From the NCBI RefSeq assembly GCF_008000775.2, contig NZ_CP042905.2, forward strand, positions 2,010,001 to 2,042,000: a stretch of DNA of 32,000 nucleotides, read 5' to 3'. The notes under the pieces are model-generated. The model saw nothing but the letters and a program-made list of their open reading frames with translations. It ran no database searches and was not told where the DNA came from. Shown piece by piece: positions 8,801-18,593 of this stretch. A program made the translations under genes and the position numbers. Within the stretch, counting starts at the first letter, position 1. Each line of letters opens with the position of its first letter. This DNA comes from Promethearchaeum syntrophicum (GTDB lineage: Archaea > Asgardarchaeota > Lokiarchaeia > Sigyniarchaeales > Promethearchaeaceae).

Positions 8801-9831
8801 TTATTTCGGAAATAAGGCTCGGCTCGTTTATATTGTGGGGGTTTTTTTTGCTCAATTTTAAAATATTCTGAAGTATGCAATGGCCAATATGGATTTCTAA
8901 GAAGTTCGCGACCTAACCAAATTAAATCTGCTTTTTTTCCATTCAAGATTTTATTAATCATATCTGGATCACTCAACATTCCACCCGCTAAGATAGGAAT
9001 ATTTATTCCTTTTTTGATTTCATGAGCAAAATCAATTTGGTATCCCGGTAATACCTTAGAAGGAAAACCTTCCTCAATAACTCCTCCACTACTGACATTA
9101 ATAAAATCAATTGATGTGGAATGATCTTTTAGAATCTCAGCAAGCATAGGAATGAAATTATGTGGGTGTAAACCATTATTTGAATATTCTTCAGCAGAAA
9201 TACGTAATCCTATGGGTCCTTTGAAATTATTTTTAACTGATTTTATAATCTCTTGTAGAAATTTAATACCAATTCCATTTTTACAACCGTAAGAATCTTC
9301 TCTATGGTTAACTAAAGGGGAGATAAATTGATTAATCAAATATCCATGGGCTCCATGTATTTCAACTGCATCAAAACCGATTAGTTGGGCTCTTCGTGCA
9401 GCCTCACTAAAAGCAAGCACAACTTGACGAATATGAGATTCTTCCATCTTAATAGGAATCGGATATTCATCACTAAACTGAGAATTCCAAGAAGAAATAC
9501 CTTGCGCTACGGTTGCTTTACGCCCTGCATGGGCTAATTGAATTGCGATTTTTGCCCCAAAACCGTGTACAATATCTACTATTGATTTTAATCCAGGAAT
9601 TTGGTCATCATTCCATATTCCCAAATCATTTCCACTTATTCTTCCCCTCGCTTCTACAGCGGTTGCTTCGATTATGATTAAACCTGCTCCTCCTTGTGCT
9701 CGAGTTCCATAATGGACTAAATGAAATGGTTGAACTATTCCTGTTCTATCCGAGCTATACATACACATTGGGGGCATGACAATTCGATTTTTCAAAAAGA
9801 GATCTTTAATTTTATATTCGGTAAATAACAT
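8797..9831 (-). CDS. Old yellow enzyme family NADH:flavin oxidoreductase (YqjM/NamA-like)
   Basis: LKNRIVMPPMCMYSS, GAGLIIIEATAVEARGRIS, IQLAHAGRKA, FDAVEIHGAHGYLINQFISPLVNHREDSYG, LLRNPYWP. Confidence 0.93.
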   Translation of the reverse strand: MLFTEYKIKDLFLKNRIVMPPMCMYSSDRTGIVQPFHLVHYGTRAQGGAGLIIIEATAVEARGRISGNDLGIWNDDQIPGLKSIVDIVHGFGAKIAIQLAHAGRKATVAQGISSWNSQFSDEYPIPIKMEESHIRQVVLAFSEAARRAQLIGFDAVEIHGAHGYLINQFISPLVNHREDSYGCKNGIGIKFLQEIIKSVKNNFKGPIGLRISAEEYSNNGLHPHNFIPMLAEILKDHSTSIDFINVSSGGVIEEGFPSKVLPGYQIDFAHEIKKGINIPILAGGMLSDPDMINKILNGKKADLIWLGRELLRNPYWPLHTSEYFKIEQKKPPQYKRAEPYFRNN

Positions 9832-9960
9832 TGATTTTCATATTATCAAAACCCTTTAGAAGATTTAAATCAAATTTCTAAAAAAGTTAGTCCAAAATAA
9901 TTTAAGCTTAGAATTTTAGATTTTAATAACAAATTCAAAATTTTTGGTGAGTTTAAGGAA

Positions 9961-12900
9961 ATGGGAAAAAAGAAGAAAAATCAGGTGAATAATACAGATT
10001 CTTCCATTTACGAGATCTTTTCCGAATTTAAAAGCCCAGATTGGAATCCTTTTCCTTTTCAAACTCAATTTCATGAAGTTTTTATTCCCAATGAATCAGA
10101 AATTAAAAATTTAATTAACCCGTTTCGTACAAAATTAAAATATCAAAAATTGAAGACAATTTATTGGTATCTTTTGCTCGTTAAGTATTCTCAAATAACA
10201 GTTTCTGAGCAGGAATATAATCTGTATGAAGACCTTTTAAGCAATGAAATTGAAACAGAAAATTCCATTGGATTCTATGATGTAATAGAACTTCTTAATA
10301 GTAGTGGAAAGAAAAAAATAAAACGAAAAGACAAAACTTATCCAGATATATTTTCAACTTTCTATGCTTTAGCTGCTTTAAAATATATTGGAAGGCTCAG
10401 TGAATATCTTCTAAGCGAGGAAGAAAGAAAAAGAAAAAAACTAGTTAAATTTTTAGATTCATTAGTTGAAAATTCTCAAATTTATCATTGTTTTAATCCT
10501 CAATGTAAAATCTGCAGACAGACTCCTGAACCAGAAATTATTTTCTATATTTTCTTATGTTATGATCTTTTAGGAATTCATCCACGAAATCGATCAACGT
10601 TATTCATACCTTTGTTAAAAAATTCAAAAAATCAAAATCGATATAATTCCTTTCGATTATTATCATTGCGGTATTTAAGTTCTAAGACTTATATTAAAGA
10701 AGATGATTTAATTAAACTTCATAAAATACAACAATCTGATGGGGGTTTTGAGGATGTTGATAACACTTTTTGGATCGGTCAAACGTTTAAGGCTTATGAA
10801 TGGCTCATCCCTTTCCAAGCAGGTCCAATTTTTTCGTATTTGGTAAGAAATATCAATGCTATTAGTAAAAATAATTCATCACCTAATGAATTTAGTAACC
10901 AAATAGTTAAAATTAGTCAAGCAGTTGTTCTTATGACAGGAATTTTTGAACTTTTGACTAATGAAATAGAAGAACTACTTTTTACAAACATGCCGGCCGA
11001 GATGGTTATTGATTTAGATACCCTGTCTATCCATGGAGGATTAAAAGGAGCTGAAGAGGCGGTTATTAAATATATTAATTCAAAATATAGTCTTACCCTT
11101 GAGATTTTTAAAAATGAAGAAAGGTTTGGAGATTATCTTTCAGGTTTGCAGTACCCTCATAGAGATCATGCAAGAGAATTATGTCGAATCATCCAAAACC
11201 AACCACAATTAGATATTAAGGCATTTCGTAAGTACTATAATAAAGGACGTTATAAAAAGGATAGAATTGATGATAATTCCGTTATTTCCTTAATTTCTGA
11301 TATGAAAAAGCAACATTTCTTTGATGGACAAATAATCAAGCGCAATAGATTATTTTCAACAAATATAATATTTAATAGAGATAGATTCATAAAAAATGTT
11401 ATAGTTTCAAATCGAATTGTGAAATATTCTGATTTAAAATTTGAGAAAGAGCGATTAAATGAAGTATCAAAAAATATATTTAATATGACACGTGAAATGG
11501 AAGAATCATCTCAAAATATAATGCTTGAAGTTGAATCTTTAATAATTGCTAGTCAAATTGAGCTTGCAGAAGAAAGATTACGTTTTAATATTAAATATAA
11601 TATCACCAAAGCATTATTCTTTGAGGAAAACATTAAATCGTTCCAAGAAGAATTTAAAATTATTAGGGTAAAAGCTTTATTAAGCCCGTTAATTGATAAA
11701 TGGAATAAGATTTATAGCAATTTACAAAGGAACTTTTCAAATATCTCTAATGTTTTGTCAATAAAAATTGATGAATTGAAAGAAGAACAGGAACAATATC
11801 AACTATCATGCCAATTAGAGCAACATGTGAATCATAAAATTCACTTTGTTATAGAGGAATTCGATAACTTTCAAAAAATTTTTCGATCTAATCTTGAAAG
11901 TAATTATTCAAGAGAGGTTGTTTTGTCATTATTATCTGCTTTAAACCGGTTAGAGGAGACAGTATCAAAATCTGATCAAGGAATACAAAAAAAATCCTTT
12001 CATATCACTAATAAAGCAACTGAAGTGAGTTCATTAAGGCAAAAAGTTATTAATTTGTGGGTATCCAATCTTAAAGAATTCCAAAATTCAACTAATTATT
12101 ACCACCTCGGTTTTTCACTATGGAAGGAAAAAATATCTCTTTTAGGAAAAAAAGATGATGAAATAATTAAGTATCTTGATCTAATTAAGCAAAATACAAA
12201 GGATTTAATCTCAAAAAAGAAATACAAAAGCGCTTTATCGACAATTGAAAGAAAATTTATAGATATTTCAAAAGATATAGAATCTTTTTCACAATCACTC
12301 AAAAAAGAGATAGATAAATACTACAAAAAAAATCGAAAATTAGGACCGTTAATTCAGAATATAATTACCGAATGGGGTTTAATTAGAAACCGATTAGAGA
12401 ATTCAAGTCAAGATATGCAATTTGATTTACAAAATTCGGTTGAAATGGATAAGAAGAAATATAAAATTGAAATGTTTCGTTTATCCGTAGAGAAAGAAAT
12501 TACGAAAACTCGTCAAAACTTCATCGAATTTGAAAGAAACTTAAATTCAATGATACAACGGGGTCAATGCAATCAGCAATCGTTTGATGAAAAATATTCC
12601 AAATTAGAAATTAATATCTCCAATATAAAAGGAAAACTTGAAAAACAATTATTAACCCTTAAAAAAAGTTTTACCATTGAAGTTGCCGAAATTAATTCAA
12701 TTTGGGGGCATTGGGAAGAATTTATAAATGATTCTAATCAAAATCTATTAAATTTAAAAGAAAAATACTTAGATGAAGAAGTACTGTCAACGATTTTCAA
12801 ATATGCTAAGGAGCAAAAAACAAATTATATAACCTTATTTATTATTGCTAAATTTCTAACAGAAAATGAGAAGATATTAAAAGATAGGATAATAAATTTG

Positions 12901-14433
12901 ATAAATTCGGACCGAATTAATGCCAGATTAATAGATGAAACGCCTGTAAAAATTGAATTACATAATACCATCTGGCGTATGAATGAAAGGTTGACCATGT
13001 ATACAGATGTTATTTTTAGAGATTTGGAAGTCCGTTTTACAAAATATCAACGATATTATGAAAATTCTATAATTAATAATCAATTTTTACGAGATGTATC
13101 TCAAATTCAAGCCATGACTACAAATTTTAATGAGAAACTTACTGAGATTTCAGAAAATTATGATGATTTTCTTAAACAAAATAGGATTGATATTGAATTT
13201 CAACTACTTAAGGAGAATTCTCAAAATTTCCGGAAGAAGATAAAGGATTATGATTCGATCATAAAAGATATGAAAATTGCTTGTGAAAAAACCTCGGATT
13301 ATGATAGTTTCCTTAATAGCCGATTACTTTTTCTGGAAAGAAATATTATCAATTCTGAAATCTCCAGAATAAATCAAGAACTTAAATCGCGAGATAAAAT
13401 TGATTATAAAAGCAATGTTGAGTGGTTGAAAACTCAAAAAAACCTATTCAAATCAAAAATGATGAAGTTAAGTTCCGAAATTGAGAATTTTAAGAAATCT
13501 AATGCTTTAGATTTTCCACAAACAGCCTCAATAATAGCAGATTTGGAAAAAAATTTCAATTCAAGTAAACAGGAGTTTATTGAGAAATATCACATTACGA
13601 TCGATGATATATCTGATAAATTGAATGCACTTGATCTCAAAAAACTTGGAAATCAAATAGAAGAAGTCATCAAAAATAAGCAAGATGATTTGAATCAAAT
13701 TTTAAGTTCATATAACTTGGAAATTCGGAATAAAATAAGAAGTAAGGATTATTTTAGTGCTGCAAAGAAGATCACTAAATTTTTACTTATAGACAAGAAT
13801 CTGAAAACATTTGATAAAGAAATTAAATCAATCAATAAAAATTTAATAAGTAAAAATAAGGTTTGGGAAATTAAAGGGAAGATCGTACTTGAAGAATGGA
13901 ATAGGTATAAGGAATATTTCCAAGATACTATTAAAAGTCAATATATTGCACTTCAGACTGAATTGATTCTGCAATACACATTATTTGCTGTAAAAGCCTT
14001 GAAAGGAAATTTTATCCCACTAAATAAAATTGTACAAGACCTAAATATTAAACATGAAACTATTCAACATACATTAATGGGGTTAATTGGCGACAATATA
14101 CTAAAAGGAAGGATTCATCTAACATATGATATTTATCTTGAATCTGATAGCGCTGATTTTGATGATGATACAATTGCCGCTCTTGATATTACTAGATCAT
14201 CAAATGTTAAATTCTATTTGTTGCTACAACGAATTGCAAATGTATTTTCATTAATTGCTCCATTATTAGCTGCAATTGCATCAATTTTAACAATCGTCTT
14301 TTATCTAACTAAATTTGCTGAATTCGAGCCAATTGTTATTTTCATTGCTGCATTTATCGTTATAATTAGTATAATTATTTTTATTTGGCTGAGAAAAGGA
14401 AAATCCAAAGCAATGAAAGGAAATCTAATCTAA
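9961..14433 (+). CDS. Giant (1490 aa) multidomain protein: cyclase/prenyltransferase-like helical-repeat N-terminus, long coiled coil, PCI-like winged helix, C-terminal double TM anchor
   Basis: N-terminus has QQSDGGFEDVDNTFWIGQTFKAYEWL and a Cys cluster HCFNPQCKICRQ. About aa 450-1290 is charged heptad-like helix. About aa 1330-1395 (YIALQTELILQYTLFAVKALKGNFIPLNKIVQDLNIKHETIQHTLMGLIGDNILKGRIHLTYDIYLE) is winged-helix/PCI-like. Two hydrophobic segments and RKGKSK precede the stop. Confidence 0.75.
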   Translation: MGKKKKNQVNNTDSSIYEIFSEFKSPDWNPFPFQTQFHEVFIPNESEIKNLINPFRTKLKYQKLKTIYWYLLLVKYSQITVSEQEYNLYEDLLSNEIETENSIGFYDVIELLNSSGKKKIKRKDKTYPDIFSTFYALAALKYIGRLSEYLLSEEERKRKKLVKFLDSLVENSQIYHCFNPQCKICRQTPEPEIIFYIFLCYDLLGIHPRNRSTLFIPLLKNSKNQNRYNSFRLLSLRYLSSKTYIKEDDLIKLHKIQQSDGGFEDVDNTFWIGQTFKAYEWLIPFQAGPIFSYLVRNINAISKNNSSPNEFSNQIVKISQAVVLMTGIFELLTNEIEELLFTNMPAEMVIDLDTLSIHGGLKGAEEAVIKYINSKYSLTLEIFKNEERFGDYLSGLQYPHRDHARELCRIIQNQPQLDIKAFRKYYNKGRYKKDRIDDNSVISLISDMKKQHFFDGQIIKRNRLFSTNIIFNRDRFIKNVIVSNRIVKYSDLKFEKERLNEVSKNIFNMTREMEESSQNIMLEVESLIIASQIELAEERLRFNIKYNITKALFFEENIKSFQEEFKIIRVKALLSPLIDKWNKIYSNLQRNFSNISNVLSIKIDELKEEQEQYQLSCQLEQHVNHKIHFVIEEFDNFQKIFRSNLESNYSREVVLSLLSALNRLEETVSKSDQGIQKKSFHITNKATEVSSLRQKVINLWVSNLKEFQNSTNYYHLGFSLWKEKISLLGKKDDEIIKYLDLIKQNTKDLISKKKYKSALSTIERKFIDISKDIESFSQSLKKEIDKYYKKNRKLGPLIQNIITEWGLIRNRLENSSQDMQFDLQNSVEMDKKKYKIEMFRLSVEKEITKTRQNFIEFERNLNSMIQRGQCNQQSFDEKYSKLEINISNIKGKLEKQLLTLKKSFTIEVAEINSIWGHWEEFINDSNQNLLNLKEKYLDEEVLSTIFKYAKEQKTNYITLFIIAKFLTENEKILKDRIINLINSDRINARLIDETPVKIELHNTIWRMNERLTMYTDVIFRDLEVRFTKYQRYYENSIINNQFLRDVSQIQAMTTNFNEKLTEISENYDDFLKQNRIDIEFQLLKENSQNFRKKIKDYDSIIKDMKIACEKTSDYDSFLNSRLLFLERNIINSEISRINQELKSRDKIDYKSNVEWLKTQKNLFKSKMMKLSSEIENFKKSNALDFPQTASIIADLEKNFNSSKQEFIEKYHITIDDISDKLNALDLKKLGNQIEEVIKNKQDDLNQILSSYNLEIRNKIRSKDYFSAAKKITKFLLIDKNLKTFDKEIKSINKNLISKNKVWEIKGKIVLEEWNRYKEYFQDTIKSQYIALQTELILQYTLFAVKALKGNFIPLNKIVQDLNIKHETIQHTLMGLIGDNILKGRIHLTYDIYLESDSADFDDDTIAALDITRSSNVKFYLLLQRIANVFSLIAPLLAAIASILTIVFYLTKFAEFEPIVIFIAAFIVIISIIIFIWLRKGKSKAMKGNLI

Positions 14434-14445
14434 AATTCCCACTAA

Positions 14446-16608
14446 TTATGAGATAGGGGTGCTAATTAGAAAATTGTTTGTTTTCTCAAACATTTTTTTA
14501 GTAATTCCATTTTGAATTTCTTTTTCTATCTTTATTATATCCATTTCTTCTTCTTTTGCCGCTAAATAGAGATCATCAAGATCGCAATACAATTTTGTTC
14601 CACGGATAGAGCCAATGCATCCCATTGTTGAGATTAACCATGTAAAGGTTTTCTTTGTAAGAAATAATTTCTCTTTACCTTTGGTTTTATTGGATTTACT
14701 TAGTTCAATTCTTTTTTTTGATTCTAATGTCAAATTTTCTGTAATATCTTGTATTAATTCATATCCTGATGATTTTTTTTTATCTGAATTTTGTGAAATC
14801 AAAGTTTCAATCTTCTTTACTGAATTTACGCCATGATTTTCTTTGATTTTTCGATAATTTTCTTTGATATGTTCTAATTTTTTAAATTTATATTCAGGCA
14901 ATTTATCCGATCTTTTGATTTTTGGAACTGTATTGATATATTTGGGATGTTTAAGCAATTCATGCATTTTTTCTTCTCTTCGATGTGATACAAAGGAATA
15001 TATTTCATCTAATGAATTTGATTGAACGAGAAAATAGCATTTTCCGATTTGATGACGTCCGGTGCGACCACGACGTTGTATTAATCGAATTTCGCTGGGA
15101 ATTGACTCATAAAATACAACTGAATTAACGCTAGGAATATCCAATCCTTCTTCTGCCACAGAGGTTGCTACTAACACATTAAATTGATTAGTTGAAAAAT
15201 CTGTTATCATGCTTTTTTGATCTTTCTGGTTGAGGCCTTTATCATTTGCTTTAGTTGCTTGTCCCACAAATCTTTTTGCCCGAATCTGACAAGAATTTGT
15301 TGAAAAATCATTCAATTCCTTTATCAAAAACTTAGCCATTTCTCGATATTGAGTAAAAATGATTATTTTTGCATTAGGATTCTCAAGGAATTCATTCTTC
15401 AAAATTTCTAATAAAACGGGTATTTTAGGTGATTTCTTAATTGGATTTAATAAATTTTGAGCACCAAGGATATATTTTGAATTAAGTAACCTTTTTATTC
15501 GTTTATTTCCTTCAAGTGCTCTCTCTTCAAGTTTTTGAAGATAATTTCTGAACATTCGTATATCTTGAGTAGTTAACAGTTCTTTAAGATGTTCCAAATA
15601 AATCCCATTAATTGCCTGATTTAGAATTCTCGATTTATTCGGAATTTTATCATTTTTCTTTTTATCAAACATATCAAGTAAATGTGGAAAATTCATCCTA
15701 CCATAATTGCTTGTCAGTCCATATCTTTCGAGATCTTCATCAGTTGTATATGGATCTAAAAGAGTATCCATAAGTTTAAGATCTTGTATCAACTGGATAA
15801 ACTGGAATTTAGAAATGAAATTTCTTTTGGGTAAAATTTCATGGGAAAACATGAAATCTCGTATTTTATGCACTGCTGTATCCAAAATTAATAGAGCTTT
15901 CAAAATTTCATTAGGTAACTCAATTTTTTTAAAAATGCTGTTTATCCCAAAAGTATATTTTTTAACGTCGGGACTATCGAAATCTCTAAATATAATTTGT
16001 TCGATTTGAAGGGTTTCACACAATTCATTTATTCGGAATAAATCTTTTCCCGGTGATGCAGTTATCCCCAATATTAAAGGGTGCAAATTTTGTTCCAAAT
16101 ATTGATTGGCTACGAAAGTATATGCATATTTTTTTCGTGCTTTATGGGTTTCATCAAAAATTATTTGCCCGATTCCTTCAAGAGAATATAATCCCGCTTT
16201 TAGATCATTTTGGATTATTTGGGGTGTAGAGAAGAAGATTTGATTACCATTTAGGGCAAATGTTCTCTTGATTGGTGATAAATTACTGGAAAAGAGGCAA
16301 CATTTAATTTCGGGTTTTAAGAATTTTTGAAATACGTCATAATGCTGCAATACTAAAGGACGCGTTGGGGCTAACATAATTATTTTTGATTTAGGCGCTT
16401 TTTCTAAAATATTTACTAGAGTCAATAGTGCTACAATCGTTTTTCCTAGGGCTGTAGGTAAAACAACCAAAGTATTTTGATTTGAAGCAATTTTGGAAAT
16501 TTCTACTTGGTAATCTCGCCACTCAATAAGATCCTTTTTCAGTAACGGGTGAGAATAAAATTTAGGATTTTTGTCTAATGAATGGGGAGATTTCATGAAA
16601 TTTGCCAC
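14446..16608 (-). CDS. hef: Hef/FANCM-type SF2 helicase without a C-terminal nuclease domain
   Basis: Walker A-like LPTALGKTIVALL, IIFDETHKA (DExH), LGITASPG, VLVATSVAEEGLDIPSVNSVVFYE..PSEIRLIQRRGRTGR. The listed start at 16608 is GTG; ATG at 16596 (MKSPHSLDKN) is an alternative. Confidence 0.88.
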   Translation of the reverse strand: MANFMKSPHSLDKNPKFYSHPLLKKDLIEWRDYQVEISKIASNQNTLVVLPTALGKTIVALLTLVNILEKAPKSKIIMLAPTRPLVLQHYDVFQKFLKPEIKCCLFSSNLSPIKRTFALNGNQIFFSTPQIIQNDLKAGLYSLEGIGQIIFDETHKARKKYAYTFVANQYLEQNLHPLILGITASPGKDLFRINELCETLQIEQIIFRDFDSPDVKKYTFGINSIFKKIELPNEILKALLILDTAVHKIRDFMFSHEILPKRNFISKFQFIQLIQDLKLMDTLLDPYTTDEDLERYGLTSNYGRMNFPHLLDMFDKKKNDKIPNKSRILNQAINGIYLEHLKELLTTQDIRMFRNYLQKLEERALEGNKRIKRLLNSKYILGAQNLLNPIKKSPKIPVLLEILKNEFLENPNAKIIIFTQYREMAKFLIKELNDFSTNSCQIRAKRFVGQATKANDKGLNQKDQKSMITDFSTNQFNVLVATSVAEEGLDIPSVNSVVFYESIPSEIRLIQRRGRTGRHQIGKCYFLVQSNSLDEIYSFVSHRREEKMHELLKHPKYINTVPKIKRSDKLPEYKFKKLEHIKENYRKIKENHGVNSVKKIETLISQNSDKKKSSGYELIQDITENLTLESKKRIELSKSNKTKGKEKLFLTKKTFTWLISTMGCIGSIRGTKLYCDLDDLYLAAKEEEMDIIKIEKEIQNGITKKMFEKTNNFLISTPIS

Positions 16609-16673
16609 AAACTTGCACCTAAATTTGAAATTATGCTTATAGGGGCAAGTATCATCTTTAATGAAATAGAGAT
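16501..16673 (-). repeat. Direct repeat copy 1: 5' end and upstream region of the hef-like gene
   Basis: Aligns with 18393-18561, e.g. agatcctttttcagtaa, gagataaaa-type block, (g)gggagatttcatgaaatttgccacaaa, ggggca..ta(t)c(a)tctttaat. Clearly alignable over about 170 bp by eye. Confidence 0.85.
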
Positions 16674-16789
16674 CAGTGAATTTTTAGATTATTTGAAATT
16701 TTATACTAAAATCTCAAAATCATACTTAATAAAATCTACTTAGAAAAAATTAAAATACTTAGTAATTCATTATCGTCTTAGTAAAAAAA

Positions 16790-17029
16790 ATGATACAAAA
16801 AAATGTAAAAATCACCAATAAAGGAATGATCTCAATACCAGCAATCTTGCGGAAAAAATATAATCTCAAGGATGGAGATTATGTCATCATTGGAGAGAAT
16901 GAAGATGGTTCCATGCAAATAACACCAATTATTCCATTGGATGAACTTAAAAAAAAATCTGCTACCGTAGAAGAATTTCGAGAAATTTACCATAAATCTA
17001 AGCAAGAAGAACTGGATTTGGAGTTTTAA
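16790..17029 (+). CDS. AbrB/SpoVT-type antitoxin (VapB-like)
   Basis: KNVKITNKGMISIPAILRKKYNLKDGDYVIIGENEDG swapped-hairpin AbrB signature; immediately upstream of a PIN-domain ORF. Confidence 0.85.
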   Translation: MIQKNVKITNKGMISIPAILRKKYNLKDGDYVIIGENEDGSMQITPIIPLDELKKKSATVEEFREIYHKSKQEELDLEF

Positions 17030-17031
17030 TT

Positions 17032-17439
17032 GTGTCAATAAATTGTATAGATGCCGGTGTCCTTTCGCTTTTTTTCATGAAAGACACTCCGAGAGAAATA
17101 ACCTCATTAATGAATAAGGTAAAAAAAGATTCAAAAAATACTTTTATTGCTAAAGAAATATTGATTGAAGTATACAAGCATTTATGTGTTTTAAAAGGAA
17201 CCTCTTATGCCGAATCAATTTTACAATCCTTCTTTAGAGCTTATAATGTTAAATTTGTTGATTTAACTCACGAATTAATAATCAAGGCAGGAAAATTAAA
17301 ATGTCACAATCGAACGAAGTTATCATATAACGATTGCATAGCTATTGCCATTTCATTGGAAAAAGGGGCAATTTTTCACACAACTGAGAAAAATTTACCA
17401 ACAATACCCCATCTTCGAGCAAAAAAATACAAATTCTAA
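17032..17439 (+). CDS. PIN-domain ribonuclease toxin (VapC-like)
   Basis: SINCIDAGVLSLFF (first acidic residue), FIAKEILIEVYKHL, LSYNDCIAIAISLEKGAIFHTTEKN. GTG start 2 nt after the antitoxin stop. Confidence 0.85.
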   Translation: MSINCIDAGVLSLFFMKDTPREITSLMNKVKKDSKNTFIAKEILIEVYKHLCVLKGTSYAESILQSFFRAYNVKFVDLTHELIIKAGKLKCHNRTKLSYNDCIAIAISLEKGAIFHTTEKNLPTIPHLRAKKYKF

Positions 17440-17446
17440 CCTAACA

Positions 17447-18304
17447 TTACGTTTTTTTTAGTTTTTCGATAAAACAACTATCAACCCAATATATTTCTGA
17501 ATCTCTAACAAAGAAAAAGGCTTTTCTATCGGGTGTTAACCCCGGAAATCGCTCACTTCCCTCAGTATTAATCTTTGGGCCTAAATTCAATGGTTCCGAC
17601 CACTGATCATTTTCAATATGAAAAGAGATATATAGATCAAAGAATCCAATACTCCCAGGTCGATCCGAAGAGAAAATTAAGTAACTTTCATCAGGAGCAA
17701 TGAAAGGAATCCAATCGTGATAAGAGCTGTTAATTTGAGGAGGAAGAATTTCAGAAATTCCAAAAATACCATCTTTTTGTTGAATTCTGTAAATCCCCAT
17801 ATTATTCTTTACTCCCTCTAATATTCCTGAATAGTAGAAAGTCCCTGTTTTTGTACAACTAAAAGAAGATTGAAGTCGGTCTGCATGATCTTTTCCAAAA
17901 GCAAGGTGAGGTTCTCCCCATCCATTTTCTTTTCTATCTACAACCCAAATGCGCAGTTGCTCTACATTGGAAGAAGTATCCAAAGGTCGTCTGGAATAAA
18001 AATATAATTGTTGATTATCGAATGAAAAAACGGGCCCTCCGTCCACATAGGAACTTGAAAATGATGCTAAATATGGATTTGTCCATTTGCCATCCTTAAA
18101 ACTAGAAGTATAAATTTTTTGAGGTGTTTCACCAAGAGGTAGGGTTACCATAGACCAAAAACATTCTTTTCCATCTAATGAGATTGTTGGATAGCTGTGT
18201 TCGTGTTGATTAGTAGAGATTATTTCAGGAATAAATTCTTGTGGAATATCTGTCGGAAAAGATTGACCGTAATATTTAGTATTTTCATTCACGAAAGAAT
18301 TCAA
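17447..18304 (-). CDS. PD40/TolB-like beta-propeller protein
   Basis: Repeats SYPTISLDGKECFWSM, GPVFSFDNQQLYFYSRRP, FIAPDESYLIFSSDRPGSIGFFDLYIS, RFPGLTPDRKAFFFVRDSEIYWV. Confidence 0.82.
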   Translation of the reverse strand: MNSFVNENTKYYGQSFPTDIPQEFIPEIISTNQHEHSYPTISLDGKECFWSMVTLPLGETPQKIYTSSFKDGKWTNPYLASFSSSYVDGGPVFSFDNQQLYFYSRRPLDTSSNVEQLRIWVVDRKENGWGEPHLAFGKDHADRLQSSFSCTKTGTFYYSGILEGVKNNMGIYRIQQKDGIFGISEILPPQINSSYHDWIPFIAPDESYLIFSSDRPGSIGFFDLYISFHIENDQWSEPLNLGPKINTEGSERFPGLTPDRKAFFFVRDSEIYWVDSCFIEKLKKT

Positions 18305-18392
18305 TAATTGTTTAAATTAAAGAGTTATTAATTCTTAAAAATTTAATAAAAAGAAATGAGGAAAAATTGAATATTGTTAATTTTATTGTGAT

Positions 18393-18561
18393 TTCAATTT
18401 GAAATTCTCTCGATTCAATGAGATCCTTTTTCAGTAAAGGATAAGAATAAAATTGAAGAAATTAGTCAATTAAATGAGGGGATTTCATGATAATTGCCAC
18501 AAAATTACACTTTAAATTGAAAATAAGTTTATTGGGGCATATAATATCTTTAATTCTGGAG
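18393..18561 (-). pseudogene. Degenerate duplicate of the hef-like gene 5' end (direct repeat copy 2)
   Basis: Homologous to 16501-16673. Reading minus strand from ATG at 18488 gives MKSPHLID*, versus MKSPHSLDKNP in the intact gene. Confidence 0.82.
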
Positions 18562-18593
18562 ATAATATTCCTGCAATTAAAATCCTAGGAAAA

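Noticed and set aside
17032-17439. PIN-domain gene as part of a novel defence island
   Set aside because: Fits an ordinary AbrB-type/PIN toxin-antitoxin pair; no other defence genes nearby. Only the flanking duplication is unusual.
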